The notes beneath the pieces were generated by a model. It was not told where the DNA came from and searched no databases. It saw only the letters and a list, made by a program, of their open reading frames with translations. 60,816 nucleotides of DNA, from IMG/VR virus record IMGVR_UViG_3300037882_001949, positions 1 to 60,816 of that record. One strand, given 5' to 3'. Both the position numbers and the translations under genes were made by a program. The stretch is from a virus (Duplodnaviria > Caudoviricetes). This document shows, piece by piece, positions 18,963 to 29,677 of the stretch; positions within the stretch are counted from its first letter, which is position 1, and each line of letters begins with the position of its first letter.

Positions 18963-20812
18963 TATTCTTCTGTTAAATTTTCATAATTTGTTTTCTTAGG
19001 AGCTATTGAACTAGCTTGTCCCTTACCTTGATTAGTACTAAACCATTCTTTATTTAAAACTTCCATCATCTGAGCCATATTACTAAACTCTTCTCTTTCA
19101 CCTGTTTTAGGATTAAATAGTTCATATTTTTGTTCTAATCTGTTATTTTTATCACCTAAAGTTAAAGCAAGTTTACCATTAGGTAATATTACTGCTGATA
19201 TAGGTTTTAAACCTGAATAACCTGGTTTATTAAAACCATATTTTTCATTTAAATCTTTAACCTCTTTTGTATCAGCAGGTTTACCTGTTTTATAGAAATT
19301 TAAACCATCTTCTTGAATTTTAGCAACACCATTGTGATAATTCTTATCTTCTACTGCTAATGGTTGAGCATACATCTTTTTAGGAGTATCTCCTTCCATA
19401 TATTCAACTTCAATCATTGCTTGACCATTTTTATAAACTCTTCTACCAACTTTTAAGTTGTCTTTAGTTAAAGGATTTTTTTCATCTGTAGGTCTATCAA
19501 CAATAGGTTTACCTTTATCATCAGTATAACTATAATGGTCTGGATATTCAATTATATCATTTTTAACTACTTGTTGTTCATTAGGAATCATTTTATAATC
19601 AAAAGATACTGATTTAGCGCCTTCCATATATTTAGTTAATATATCATTATAATTATCAGATTTAATTTGATCTTTATATCCTATTGATTTTGCAGCATCT
19701 ATTATAAACTTAGCTAAATCTTTATGATTTTTTTCATTACTAGATTTAGAAGCACTCATGTTTCCAGCAGTACCCATAGTATATGGTGAACCAGAAGCTC
19801 CTTCAATTTTAATACCACCACCTAATTTAGTAAAATCAATATTAACTTTACCATCTTTAGTAGTAATAGCACTTTTAATAGATTCTGGTAATTCATCTGT
19901 TAGATTATAAACAGCAGACCCTGGTTGTGCTTGACCTAATCCTGGCATGTTATCTTCTGTTTCAGGTTTTCTAACATCTTTAGGAGCATATTTAAAATCT
20001 TTACCAGATTTAACTTTACTCATAATTTGATTCTGTCCAGCATTATATAAATAATCTTCCGAAGCTTTTAATAATTGTTCTTCATTCATTTTAGGATTAT
20101 AATAACTAACCATTTTAGCAAAATCCTGACCTTCTTTAGTAGCTAAGAAAGATTGTGATTTATCCTGAGCTAATTGTCTAATTCTATTAGAAGCTATTTC
20201 CTCTTTACCACCTTTAACACCAATTATGTTACCTGATTGGTCTAATTTAAAAGTATCATATTCATTAGCAAATGAACCAACTTTATCCATTTGTTTTCTA
20301 GCTTCTTCAGAATGATTTTGAATTTCACCCATACCTGTATACCTATAAGCATTAGGACCTTCTTTACCTTCACCTTTAAAGCCTAAGTAATTGTCATACC
20401 ACTCACCGTACTTATCACCCTTTTTAATCTTATCTTTCTGATATTCCTGATAATTACTATATGAATTTTCAAGTTCTTGTCTTGTAGGGTCATATTTAAA
20501 TTCTCTAACAAGATTATCAAGTTTTAATTTAGTATTATAATCTGTTGGATTTTTAATAAATTCTTCAGCTAGTTTCTCAACTCTTGGTTTATAAGATTCA
20601 ATTAATTGTTTCTTATATCCTTGATGTTTATCAACAGCATTAATTTTTAAGAATTCATCCTGAGCTTTATCAATATCAGAAACACCCTGTTTATATTTAT
20701 CAGAATAATTTTTAGCTAGATTGGTTAAAGCTTCTAATGGCATACCTACGTATTTTTGAGGTACGTAAGTACTTACATATTGTTGATTAGTATTTTCGTC
20801 AAAACGATTCAT
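18962..20812 (-). CDS. Virion cargo/ejection protein
   Basis: 616 aa; N-terminal YVSTYVP...MP; position in the cargo cluster. Confidence 0.6.
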   Translation of the reverse strand: MNRFDENTNQQYVSTYVPQKYVGMPLEALTNLAKNYSDKYKQGVSDIDKAQDEFLKINAVDKHQGYKKQLIESYKPRVEKLAEEFIKNPTDYNTKLKLDNLVREFKYDPTRQELENSYSNYQEYQKDKIKKGDKYGEWYDNYLGFKGEGKEGPNAYRYTGMGEIQNHSEEARKQMDKVGSFANEYDTFKLDQSGNIIGVKGGKEEIASNRIRQLAQDKSQSFLATKEGQDFAKMVSYYNPKMNEEQLLKASEDYLYNAGQNQIMSKVKSGKDFKYAPKDVRKPETEDNMPGLGQAQPGSAVYNLTDELPESIKSAITTKDGKVNIDFTKLGGGIKIEGASGSPYTMGTAGNMSASKSSNEKNHKDLAKFIIDAAKSIGYKDQIKSDNYNDILTKYMEGAKSVSFDYKMIPNEQQVVKNDIIEYPDHYSYTDDKGKPIVDRPTDEKNPLTKDNLKVGRRVYKNGQAMIEVEYMEGDTPKKMYAQPLAVEDKNYHNGVAKIQEDGLNFYKTGKPADTKEVKDLNEKYGFNKPGYSGLKPISAVILPNGKLALTLGDKNNRLEQKYELFNPKTGEREEFSNMAQMMEVLNKEWFSTNQGKGQASSIAPKKTNYENLTEE

Positions 20813-20895
20813 CTTTTAGTTTAAAAAATAAAAGCTTTTAACTATTATGATAAAAGCTTTACAAAGTTAATAATTATTTTATTATGTTGTATATA

Positions 20896-22434
20896 TTATT
20901 TGTATAATTTTGCTAATTCAGGGTCTTTCATTATCTCAGGATACCTTGAAGCTATAGTTTGTAAATACTGTTTATCTCTATCAGACATTTGTTTATTATA
21001 AGTATCATTTGATTTCTGAGCATTATAATCTCTTGTTTGACCCATTATATTCTGACCTATATTACTTATAGCAGCACCTTTTAAATTCCTAGCTTGAGCT
21101 TGATTTTGCATATTAGCAATAGTTTCCCTATCACCTGCTCCAGCATTATAATATTTAGCTTGATTAGAAATATTAGCATTTTGATTTTGATACTGCTGTC
21201 TAATATTAGAATTAGCCATCATTTGATTAATTGCTAAGTCTTTTCTATTTTGTAAATATGTAGAACTATTACCAACAGAAGCATTCTTTATATTTTCAGA
21301 AGCTAATCTACCCTGCATATCGTTATATCTTAAAGCTGCTGAAGAATCTAATAGTTCAGGAGTTACTCTATTATAAGTTTCTTTATCAACATTCATAGAC
21401 CTTTTTAAATCATATATATTACCTGCATTTTGAGCCAAACCTAAACCTAATTGTTTAGCTATTTGACCATAAGCAGGATTAATACCAGAATTACCAGAAT
21501 TATAATAAGGATTCTCACCTTGACCTTGAACATCCCAGTGAGATGTTTGACCAGCTTGACCCATTAAATTCTGATATTCTTGTTGACCTAATAATTCTTT
21601 ATAACCTATACTAGGGTCTTCTTCAAACATTGATGGTAACATTTCACCACCATCAGGATATTTGTTAATACCACCATATTTAAAATTACCTGACATACCT
21701 AATTTCTTAGCGTAATTATCAACTTTAGATTGTTTTAAGGCTTCTTGTTCTTCAAATAATGATTTAGATTGTCTTAATTTAGCTTCTTTCATTAATTGAG
21801 CAGTAACTTTTTGTAAGTTATTTGATTTTTTATCTTCAATTAATTTATCTTCTTTAGAACTATTAAATTTCTTATTAAGTTCAGCAAATGTTTTAGTAGA
21901 ACCTTTAGGTTTAAGCCTATCACTAAAAATTATCTCACCCTGTTCTAAATTAGTTTTAATACCACCTGCTTCATGAGTAGGACCATTATATTGTGTAAAC
22001 TCACCATTTGGTGATATACTATTTTCTTGTTTTTCAACCTCAGCATTAGGTGTAATATTAACACCACCATTAGTAAACATCATACCTTGGTTTTTATAAA
22101 CTTGTTCTTGAGGCTGTGAATTTTGAGGATTAAATTGACCTAAAACACTTAAACCAGCTTTAGTTACTGGTGCTGGTACACCCACTGCTTGTAAAGCAAA
22201 AGGTAAAGCTGCTTGACCTACTTTACCAGCTATATTACCATATTTAATAAATTTATCAGAAGAATTACCTTTGTAAGCATCATCTTTAATTACATTAGAT
22301 AAACCTAACATACTTAATGGGGTATCCACATAAGTTTTAGCCATATTACCTATAAATTGTCCAGTAGGATTTTCATTAAAAAAACCACCTTCAGGATATT
22401 TATTAATTTTAGGTTTAATTTTATTTTTTTTCAT
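20896..22434 (-). CDS. Virion cargo protein
   Basis: 512 aa; AEVEKQE...GPTHEAGGI...IFSD motif, repeated KYxxGG, Gln/Asn-rich C-terminus. Confidence 0.65.
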   Translation of the reverse strand: MKKNKIKPKINKYPEGGFFNENPTGQFIGNMAKTYVDTPLSMLGLSNVIKDDAYKGNSSDKFIKYGNIAGKVGQAALPFALQAVGVPAPVTKAGLSVLGQFNPQNSQPQEQVYKNQGMMFTNGGVNITPNAEVEKQENSISPNGEFTQYNGPTHEAGGIKTNLEQGEIIFSDRLKPKGSTKTFAELNKKFNSSKEDKLIEDKKSNNLQKVTAQLMKEAKLRQSKSLFEEQEALKQSKVDNYAKKLGMSGNFKYGGINKYPDGGEMLPSMFEEDPSIGYKELLGQQEYQNLMGQAGQTSHWDVQGQGENPYYNSGNSGINPAYGQIAKQLGLGLAQNAGNIYDLKRSMNVDKETYNRVTPELLDSSAALRYNDMQGRLASENIKNASVGNSSTYLQNRKDLAINQMMANSNIRQQYQNQNANISNQAKYYNAGAGDRETIANMQNQAQARNLKGAAISNIGQNIMGQTRDYNAQKSNDTYNKQMSDRDKQYLQTIASRYPEIMKDPELAKLYK

Positions 22435-22457
22435 ATTATTGTTTAAATGTAACTATT

Positions 22458-22490
22458 ATTAATATAATGTTTTAGAAAATAATATCCAAA
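22458..22490 (-). promoter_or_regulatory. Putative late promoter, TTTGG-N19-TATATTAAT
   Basis: Motif recurs at 40460-40491, 48941-48973 and 49300-49331. Confidence 0.55.
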
Positions 22491-22522
22491 TATTATCTTT
22501 GTTATTAGATAATAAATAGATG

Positions 22523-25500
22523 TTATCTATCTGAAATTCTAAATTTTGTATTAGTATTATTTATTATAAATCTATTATTATTTATATTATCATACTCTAA
22601 ATCAATAATTATATATTTATCCCTAATTCTATCACCAAACAGTGTTTTTGTTAATACTGAAGGATTAAATATTGAATATGTTGATATAGCATTTGAATCT
22701 AAATTTACCTTATTTCTAGGTATTTGCACATTCCAACCTTGTTCAACCTTCTTTAAATTTGTTGAATTTAATTCTACAAAATCAGTATTTTGGTATTCAT
22801 TATAAACCCTAATCCTGTTTATAGTATCTTTTAAATTATTAACATTATCTGAATATGTAATATTATCTAAAATATCATCATAAGAAGTCCTATTATCTTT
22901 TATAGATTCAGTATTTATAGTTATATTATCAAAGATTTTTGTTTTAACTGGATTATTATTTACTATAAATTTCAAAGAACTTTTTTCTATATTATCATAA
23001 AACTTACCATATTCTCCAACATCATGTAAATATAGTTTAGTTGATAACCCATTAGAATAGTCTCTGGGAGAAAATATTTTAAAATGATTGTTTATATAAA
23101 TATAAGGTGTAAAACTATAGAATCCTGAAAAACTATTTATTAAATCTGAATAAACTAAAGTATATTTTTCAGGAAAAAAATCTTCACCTAAAACTGATAA
23201 ATTTAAAAAAGTATATAAAAATTCATTATTAAAGTAATCATAAGTTGTTAATATGCCTTTACCTATTATAGGATTATCATTAATTAAAATATAATCATGT
23301 AATAATTTATTTAATACACCTCTATTACCACTTTTATCACTTATACAATCTATAGTTTGGCCATTAAATAAGTATATTTTTTTACGTATTACATCTGTAA
23401 ATGTTATAGCATCATTAGATTTACTAATAGACCATTTATGATTAGTACCTATATCAACAGAGTGATATAAATGTTTATCTAAAGTACCTGAACTACCAAG
23501 ATTTAAAGGTTGATTATTACCATCTGTAATTACAGAAACAGGATTTATCATTAACATTGCTAAAGCATTTGACTGAATAGCATACATGTTATTTTTAAGA
23601 TTTATCAAACCTGTTATTGAACCATAACTACCATCTAAATCATAATAATTATTAGCAGGAAGTATACTCCAAGAATCATCTGGTTCACCATTTATTTTAA
23701 CATTAGACCAATATATTCTATTACCAAATTCATTTGTTTCATTAAAATTTGACGGTTTAGGTAAATATTTATATAAACTATTACTCATAGAATAACCTTT
23801 ATTATAAAAATATTGGTCATAAAAATCTGCTGAAGATCCTGATATATTTAAATCTGAATTTACTTTATTTCCACTTCTTAAATCTATATTATAAACAGAT
23901 TGTGTTGGGAAAAACCAAGCTTGAGAATGTGTTGTACCATCTGAAGGTAATGGTCTTCCAGAACCTGAGTAGTTTTTTAACGCTTTGTGTATATCTAAAA
24001 TACCATGAAACATATCACCACCAAAAACATTAATATTTTTTGAACCAGCAAAATCTATTCTATAATATGAACCTGTACTAATATATTCACTATTATCTCT
24101 TGATAAAGCTGTTCTACCACCATATTGAGATATTAAATTGGAAGGTTTAAAATGAATAGCTAATAATTTTGAATTACTATCTGAAGAACCAGAAACTGCT
24201 ACATTATTCCCACCAGAATTATAATCTGACCATATTATAGTATTAGTATTATCTAAAACCATTGCTATCTTTGGAGAACCTAAAGAATATGTTTGATTTA
24301 AAAAATTTCTATCAAAATTATTTATTGTTAAACCATCAATAATTTTAGTCCCACCTAAAGGTATATAATCTGAAGCTTTTACTTTCTTAATAGAGCTTGA
24401 TGAAAAACTAGGATTATTATATATAAAAGCATTAAAATCATAATATTTATTATTATAATAATAAGATTCAAAAGAACCTCCTGGTCCAGAACTAGAAAAA
24501 GGCCAAACAGCATTATTTATAGTTCTAATATATTTTTCAGTAATTATTAATTTATCATCTTTATCTATATTACTAGTTTCATCAACTAAATATGAAAAAG
24601 GATGAAAAGCTATCATTTTAGGATTTGCTCCTCCAGATAATGTAGAACTAACAGGATTCATAGAATCTGTACCATTAGGTCTCAAATAATGAGATATTGG
24701 TAAAAAACCATTATCACCATTAAAATTCATTATCTGATTAATTAAACCATGTTCACAAACTGTTCTATCTTGAATTTTTCTTTCAACTCTAACAATTTCA
24801 AAACCTGATATTAGTTTACTAAACTCTTCTGGTATATTTACCTCAAAGTTTATATATGGTAAAACAGAATATGCGCCACTACTATCATAAAACATACTTC
24901 TAAAATCAGGACACTTATTACCTAAAGTTGTAGAGCCTCTCATAGTTGAATCACAACTATCACTGTAATTTGGAAATTTTATATCAGCTATAAATTTTGA
25001 AAAACTACTATTCCCTGTTTTAGATTTAAATACTATTGCAAATCTATATATTTCATTATGTTGATAACTTTTATAATCTGCTCCAAAATACTCTAAGCCC
25101 ATTGTATTAAAAGCTACATCATTACCTGAAGCATAATATTTTTGAAAAGGTGCGTTGTTAGTTTTAAAAGGTGAAAAGTTTTGTGAATTACCACCAGCCA
25201 TTCTATAACCATTTTTATAAACTTGAGATGAAGAATTATTATCTCTGGTAGTACCTTGTGAAGAATCACCTAAAGAAGCTTGATTAGGTAATGTTGGAAC
25301 CATATCTGTTCTTAACAAAACTGTACCAAATTTAAATTTTATATTAGGACCTTCACCACCAATTATACTACTGTTTTTTAAATATTTAAAATTATTATTG
25401 TATAAAACATCATCTGAAACATCCATACCTAAATTTAATAAAGGTATATTATCATCATTGATATTTATTAAGTTGTAATCAGAATCATCATATGTACTAT

Positions 25501-27010
25501 ATGTATTATCTGATTCAAATTTTTTAACTCTTATTTCATTACTATTAAGATTAAATCTAAAAGCTCTTGCATCATAAGTATCTAAATAGTTAGATAAACT
25601 ATTTTTAACATTACCATAAAAAAGTCTATTATCTTTTTGCTCAATAGTACCACAGTGAGTAAAAGATATATTTTCAATTAAAAATTCAGACAATGATATT
25701 TCTATCATATTATCTGTATCATTTGTAAATTTAGTTCTTAATGTTTCTTTACCATTTATACTTAATGTTTGATATTTAAAAACAGTATAAAATCCAGGAG
25801 TATTATAATCTTGAATTATAATAAAAAACTCTATAGTATCATAAGAAGTATCAATACCATTAATTTCCCATTCTATAGCTTTATTAACAGAAGCTGTACC
25901 ACCTTCTAAAGATGAAAAATTAGGTTGTGGTGATATAAAATTTGAAGTAGGTTGAGGTATTAAATTAATCATATTTGAACATACAGAATAATTTGTTATC
26001 TCTGTATTGTTTTTAATTAATCTATATGAACATTGATAACTATTAGAACATATTAAATTATTTGTAGCCTGACCATCATGTATTTGATAAATTGTTGGTA
26101 TAGACATCTTAATTGATGCTCTTAGATTTAAAAAATCAGGTTCTATAGCAAACACATTATTATCCTTAACATTAATAGATCTTACATAATTATTATTATC
26201 TGACCAATATATTCTTTGAATACTGGGTATTTCATACCTACCTTGAAAAGCTATTGGTGGTATTGGAAAATCTTTATTAAGAGTTATATAATTATTATAT
26301 AATAATTTAAGTGTACTAGACTTAATTAATTCATTATATGTTAATTCCCAAAGTTGACCTGTTTTATTACTATTATTATCATGACAAGTTAACATATAAA
26401 TATTATTATTTATATATGTAGAACCTATTATAACTAAAGGGTTTGAAGAACTATAACTAGTAATATAAGGAACATTACTATTTGAAACAGTACCTGTAGA
26501 ATCTATATATTGTAGTTTTGAACCAGCCTGTACAGTTGTTATTGAAATAACAGGGTTTGCTGAATTAATTGAATTACAGAGTTTATATTCAGGATTTTGA
26601 TATATATAAATATAATCATTGTTAAATGATGTTGTAAAAGTATAATTAACACTATATATTCCATTATAACAATTTGGTAATTTTTTAATATAACTAATTA
26701 TATCTGAAGTTTTTGTATTTTCATAAATGTTTATATCAGCAGTTGTTTGACCATTAATATTTATATTTATTATACCTTTTTGAAATACATTACTTGAATC
26801 ATATACTTTAAGTATTTTAAATTTGTAAACTTCCCTTATAATAGGAAACGTAATTTCACAATTATTACCTTTAATATTTGTTAAAGAACCATTACCTGAA
26901 CCTAAATTACTAGTAGGTCTTAGATTTAAAGCTTTTAAGTATTTATCGTTATTTTCTAAATGTTTAGAAATATCACTATTCATACCTATAAATAAATTAT
27001 TTGTATCCAT
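22523..27010 (-). CDS. Tail stabilization/muzzle protein (P22 gp10-like, crAss family)
   Basis: 1495 aa; GMNSDISK, RIYWSD, KDNRLFYGN, EIYRFAIVF, RIYWSNVKINGE..DSW and RIRDKY motifs. Confidence 0.8.
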   Translation of the reverse strand: MDTNNLFIGMNSDISKHLENNDKYLKALNLRPTSNLGSGNGSLTNIKGNNCEITFPIIREVYKFKILKVYDSSNVFQKGIINININGQTTADINIYENTKTSDIISYIKKLPNCYNGIYSVNYTFTTSFNNDYIYIYQNPEYKLCNSINSANPVISITTVQAGSKLQYIDSTGTVSNSNVPYITSYSSSNPLVIIGSTYINNNIYMLTCHDNNSNKTGQLWELTYNELIKSSTLKLLYNNYITLNKDFPIPPIAFQGRYEIPSIQRIYWSDNNNYVRSINVKDNNVFAIEPDFLNLRASIKMSIPTIYQIHDGQATNNLICSNSYQCSYRLIKNNTEITNYSVCSNMINLIPQPTSNFISPQPNFSSLEGGTASVNKAIEWEINGIDTSYDTIEFFIIIQDYNTPGFYTVFKYQTLSINGKETLRTKFTNDTDNMIEISLSEFLIENISFTHCGTIEQKDNRLFYGNVKNSLSNYLDTYDARAFRFNLNSNEIRVKKFESDNTYSTYDDSDYNLININDDNIPLLNLGMDVSDDVLYNNNFKYLKNSSIIGGEGPNIKFKFGTVLLRTDMVPTLPNQASLGDSSQGTTRDNNSSSQVYKNGYRMAGGNSQNFSPFKTNNAPFQKYYASGNDVAFNTMGLEYFGADYKSYQHNEIYRFAIVFKSKTGNSSFSKFIADIKFPNYSDSCDSTMRGSTTLGNKCPDFRSMFYDSSGAYSVLPYINFEVNIPEEFSKLISGFEIVRVERKIQDRTVCEHGLINQIMNFNGDNGFLPISHYLRPNGTDSMNPVSSTLSGGANPKMIAFHPFSYLVDETSNIDKDDKLIITEKYIRTINNAVWPFSSSGPGGSFESYYYNNKYYDFNAFIYNNPSFSSSSIKKVKASDYIPLGGTKIIDGLTINNFDRNFLNQTYSLGSPKIAMVLDNTNTIIWSDYNSGGNNVAVSGSSDSNSKLLAIHFKPSNLISQYGGRTALSRDNSEYISTGSYYRIDFAGSKNINVFGGDMFHGILDIHKALKNYSGSGRPLPSDGTTHSQAWFFPTQSVYNIDLRSGNKVNSDLNISGSSADFYDQYFYNKGYSMSNSLYKYLPKPSNFNETNEFGNRIYWSNVKINGEPDDSWSILPANNYYDLDGSYGSITGLINLKNNMYAIQSNALAMLMINPVSVITDGNNQPLNLGSSGTLDKHLYHSVDIGTNHKWSISKSNDAITFTDVIRKKIYLFNGQTIDCISDKSGNRGVLNKLLHDYILINDNPIIGKGILTTYDYFNNEFLYTFLNLSVLGEDFFPEKYTLVYSDLINSFSGFYSFTPYIYINNHFKIFSPRDYSNGLSTKLYLHDVGEYGKFYDNIEKSSLKFIVNNNPVKTKIFDNITINTESIKDNRTSYDDILDNITYSDNVNNLKDTINRIRVYNEYQNTDFVELNSTNLKKVEQGWNVQIPRNKVNLDSNAISTYSIFNPSVLTKTLFGDRIRDKYIIIDLEYDNINNNRFIINNTNTKFRISDR

Positions 27011-27708
27011 TAATGTCTAAATTTTCTTTCTTGTTCACCAAGATTTTTAAAATTATCTTTAAATTCATTATGTTGAGGTAATAATCTAACCCAAATATTC
27101 TTAAGTCTTTCCATTTGATGAATATTTAAAGAATTAGCATCACCTTTAGCTTGTGTAATATACCATAAATATTCTTCTTCAGATTTATCTAAAACTTTAT
27201 CAGGAACATTACCCTTTCTCCATTCTCTGTAATCTAACATATAAGTTATATATTTAGAACAAGCCTCTAAAAATGAAGTTAATTCTGGTATTAAAGGATA
27301 ACCATCATCATCTAATACCATACCTAAATATGTTAAACTAATACAATCATTATTTTTTATATCTGTTATAATAAAACTATTATTAATATAAAAATAATTA
27401 TCTGTACAACATGTTGGTACTTTGCAATTATCTGAAGCATAATGTAATTTATTACTTGTAGACCATGATAAAGGTTTATTATTATATGTAACATATATTA
27501 ACTTATCAAAGTTTATAGGTAATTCAGCCTTACCATCTCTTAATTCTATTTGTTTTGTAATTTCTTCATATTGATAATATGAACCTATTTTATCTAAACA
27601 TTCAGAAATCCAACTTATTACATGAGATTCATTAATCTCAGTAGTTAAATTTAAATCTCTATATAGTTTATTTAAAACATATTTATAAGAAACATATTTG
27701 TAAATCAT
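27010..27708 (-). CDS. Tail ring/tubular protein
   Basis: 232 aa; WISECLDKIG and DDDGYPLIP motifs; adjacent to the stabilization gene. Confidence 0.65.
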   Translation of the reverse strand: MIYKYVSYKYVLNKLYRDLNLTTEINESHVISWISECLDKIGSYYQYEEITKQIELRDGKAELPINFDKLIYVTYNNKPLSWSTSNKLHYASDNCKVPTCCTDNYFYINNSFIITDIKNNDCISLTYLGMVLDDDGYPLIPELTSFLEACSKYITYMLDYREWRKGNVPDKVLDKSEEEYLWYITQAKGDANSLNIHQMERLKNIWVRLLPQHNEFKDNFKNLGEQERKFRH

Positions 27709-27722
27709 ATTAGTATTTTATA

Positions 27723-28172
27723 TTATTGATTGTAATAATCTAATTTTTTATTATTTATAGCATCAGCTATCATTCTTGAAGCTTTTCTACAAGGTTTAAA
27801 AGTATAATATCTTTTACCTTTTACAACACATGTTTTTTTATACCATTGCCACTTATAACCATAAGGTGAACCAAAATACACTGTAATACCTTGTTCTTTA
27901 GTTTTTTTAAAATCTATTAACCATGTTTTTTTATTTTCTTCAGTATAAGACACTTCAAATTTTCTAATATATAAAGTACCTAATCTATAAGGCATTGCAA
28001 ATATAGCACTGTTGTATATTACTTTATCTCTAACTCTATTATTAAAATCTCTTAATAATTTAGCATATTCCTTATAAGGTCTTGGTTTAAGATTTTTATC
28101 AATACATTTCTTTTCATAAAAAGCATAAAAATCTTTTAAACTAACGTGTTTTGTAAAAGTAGCTTTAGCCAT
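27723..28172 (-). CDS. IHF/HU-like protein of the crAss structural module
   Basis: FAMPYRLGTLYIRK, IDFKKTK, YTFKPCR motifs. Confidence 0.65.
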   Translation of the reverse strand: MAKATFTKHVSLKDFYAFYEKKCIDKNLKPRPYKEYAKLLRDFNNRVRDKVIYNSAIFAMPYRLGTLYIRKFEVSYTEENKKTWLIDFKKTKEQGITVYFGSPYGYKWQWYKKTCVVKGKRYYTFKPCRKASRMIADAINNKKLDYYNQ

Positions 28173-28173
28173 A

Positions 28174-28851
28174 TTATTTTAAAGGTTGTTTAGATTCATT
28201 ATTTGAATCATTAGTATTATCAGCAGGATATTGAAGATAAGGATAAACTTTTGTTTTTAATATAATGTTTGTTATATCCTCAGCCATTTTTAAGCTACAA
28301 GGATACTCTGAATTATAACTAAAACATGTTGAACCATTACATGCTGTATAAGCTATTAAATCATTAGGATTTTCAAATAAACCTGTAATGTTAATATTTT
28401 CAATTGATGTGTTACCAATTAAGTATATATAATTATTTTTAAAATACCATCTCAGTTTATTTCTTGAAAATCTATCAAATTCAGAATATTTACTTTCAAA
28501 AGGTGTTGTTTTAGATATAATCTCACCTATTGGTGTTTCAACCCTGATAATTAAATTATCATTATTAAATTCAATCGTATTAGGTATTTTTCTAACAGTT
28601 CTTAATATTTTGCAATTTGTTGTTATTTCACAACATTCTGATTTATCAACATCTGATAATTGTAAACAATTTATTTGTTGTAACCATATATCAGATATGT
28701 CTTTTCTTTTCTGTAAATCCTGAGATATTAATTTACTTCTTATTTGATTAACCCAAAATAATATTTGAGAATCTTCAATTTTAAAATCTATAGGATTAGA
28801 ACCACTTGTTGATATATTTCTTATATCAGCTATTATTTGTTTTGTTGTCAT
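28174..28851 (-). CDS. Tail ring-type structural protein (probable start MTTKQ at 28851)
   Basis: QILFWVNQIRSKLI, NNYIYL, ITGLFENP motifs. Confidence 0.6.
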   Translation of the reverse strand: MTTKQIIADIRNISTSGSNPIDFKIEDSQILFWVNQIRSKLISQDLQKRKDISDIWLQQINCLQLSDVDKSECCEITTNCKILRTVRKIPNTIEFNNDNLIIRVETPIGEIISKTTPFESKYSEFDRFSRNKLRWYFKNNYIYLIGNTSIENINITGLFENPNDLIAYTACNGSTCFSYNSEYPCSLKMAEDITNIILKTKVYPYLQYPADNTNDSNNESKQPLK

Positions 28852-28859
28852 ATTTAAAT

Positions 28860-28882
28860 AAAAAAGGGTAGCTAAACTACCC
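28860..28882 (-). terminator. Intrinsic terminator after the lysis cassette
   Basis: Minus strand GGGTAG-tttag-CTACCC followed by TTTTTT. Confidence 0.65.
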
Positions 28883-28940
28883 AACATTAATATATAGTAT
28901 TATTCAATATAATAAAAATATATAACATAACAACAAAATG

Positions 28941-29489
28941 TTATCTTTTATTAAATATTGTGTATTTATATCCTAAATTAGGTCTTTTGTTTATTAAATC
29001 ATAACCTAAGTAAAAACCATTATTTCTAATAATTAATCCTAAACTAGGAGTAATATCATTAAAATTAGTATTTAATCCTAAATTAATTTGATATTTAATA
29101 TTATTATTTCTTATAATAGTAGTACTATCATATATTTTCAAAGGAACTAATAATTTATAATTAAGATTTCTTGAAGTTAGATAACCTAATATTGTATCAT
29201 GTAAGTATATTACAACATTACTATCTCTAACAGTATCATTATATACTCTATATTTAGGTATAATTTTATATTTATTAGTATCTATATTCTTATAAACTAT
29301 AATAGGTTCAAAAACAGTGTTTTCTTTAATTTTAAAGATGGTTGTAGTATCTCTAATAGTAGTAACAGTATGTTTTATTAAAGTGTCTCCAGAAGTATTT
29401 AAATCAATTTTAGGAGTATTACATTGTTTTATTGATAAAACTAATATAACAACTAATAATGCAGCAATAATATAATTTTTATATTTCAT
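28941..29489 (-). CDS. Membrane-anchored protein, spanin-like candidate
   Basis: N-terminal TM segment, DT repeats, beta-rich C-terminus; sits in the lysis cassette. Confidence 0.5.
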   Translation of the reverse strand: MKYKNYIIAALLVVILVLSIKQCNTPKIDLNTSGDTLIKHTVTTIRDTTTIFKIKENTVFEPIIVYKNIDTNKYKIIPKYRVYNDTVRDSNVVIYLHDTILGYLTSRNLNYKLLVPLKIYDSTTIIRNNNIKYQINLGLNTNFNDITPSLGLIIRNNGFYLGYDLINKRPNLGYKYTIFNKR

Positions 29490-29676
29490 TATTATTTTTA
29501 ATTTCAGTTATATGACCACCAACTATAGGTAAAACTATTGCTCCAAATACTTTTAAATAAGTACTAGGTAATGAAAAATCAAGTTTATCAATATCTAATA
29601 CTAATAATGAATTATATAAAGCTAATATATAACCAGCAATTGTTGCTTTTGTATTTTTATTTAAAAAATTTATCAT
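29479..29676 (-). CDS. Putative holin
   Basis: 65 aa with two hydrophobic segments, next to the endolysin. Confidence 0.55.
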   Translation of the reverse strand: MINFLNKNTKATIAGYILALYNSLLVLDIDKLDFSLPSTYLKVFGAIVLPIVGGHITEIKNNNEI

Positions 29677-29677
29677 A

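Noticed and set aside
28852-28887. N-terminal extension MLGSLATLFYLN of the 237-aa ORF
   Set aside because: It overlaps a terminator hairpin and promoter; the ATG at 28851 is the more plausible start
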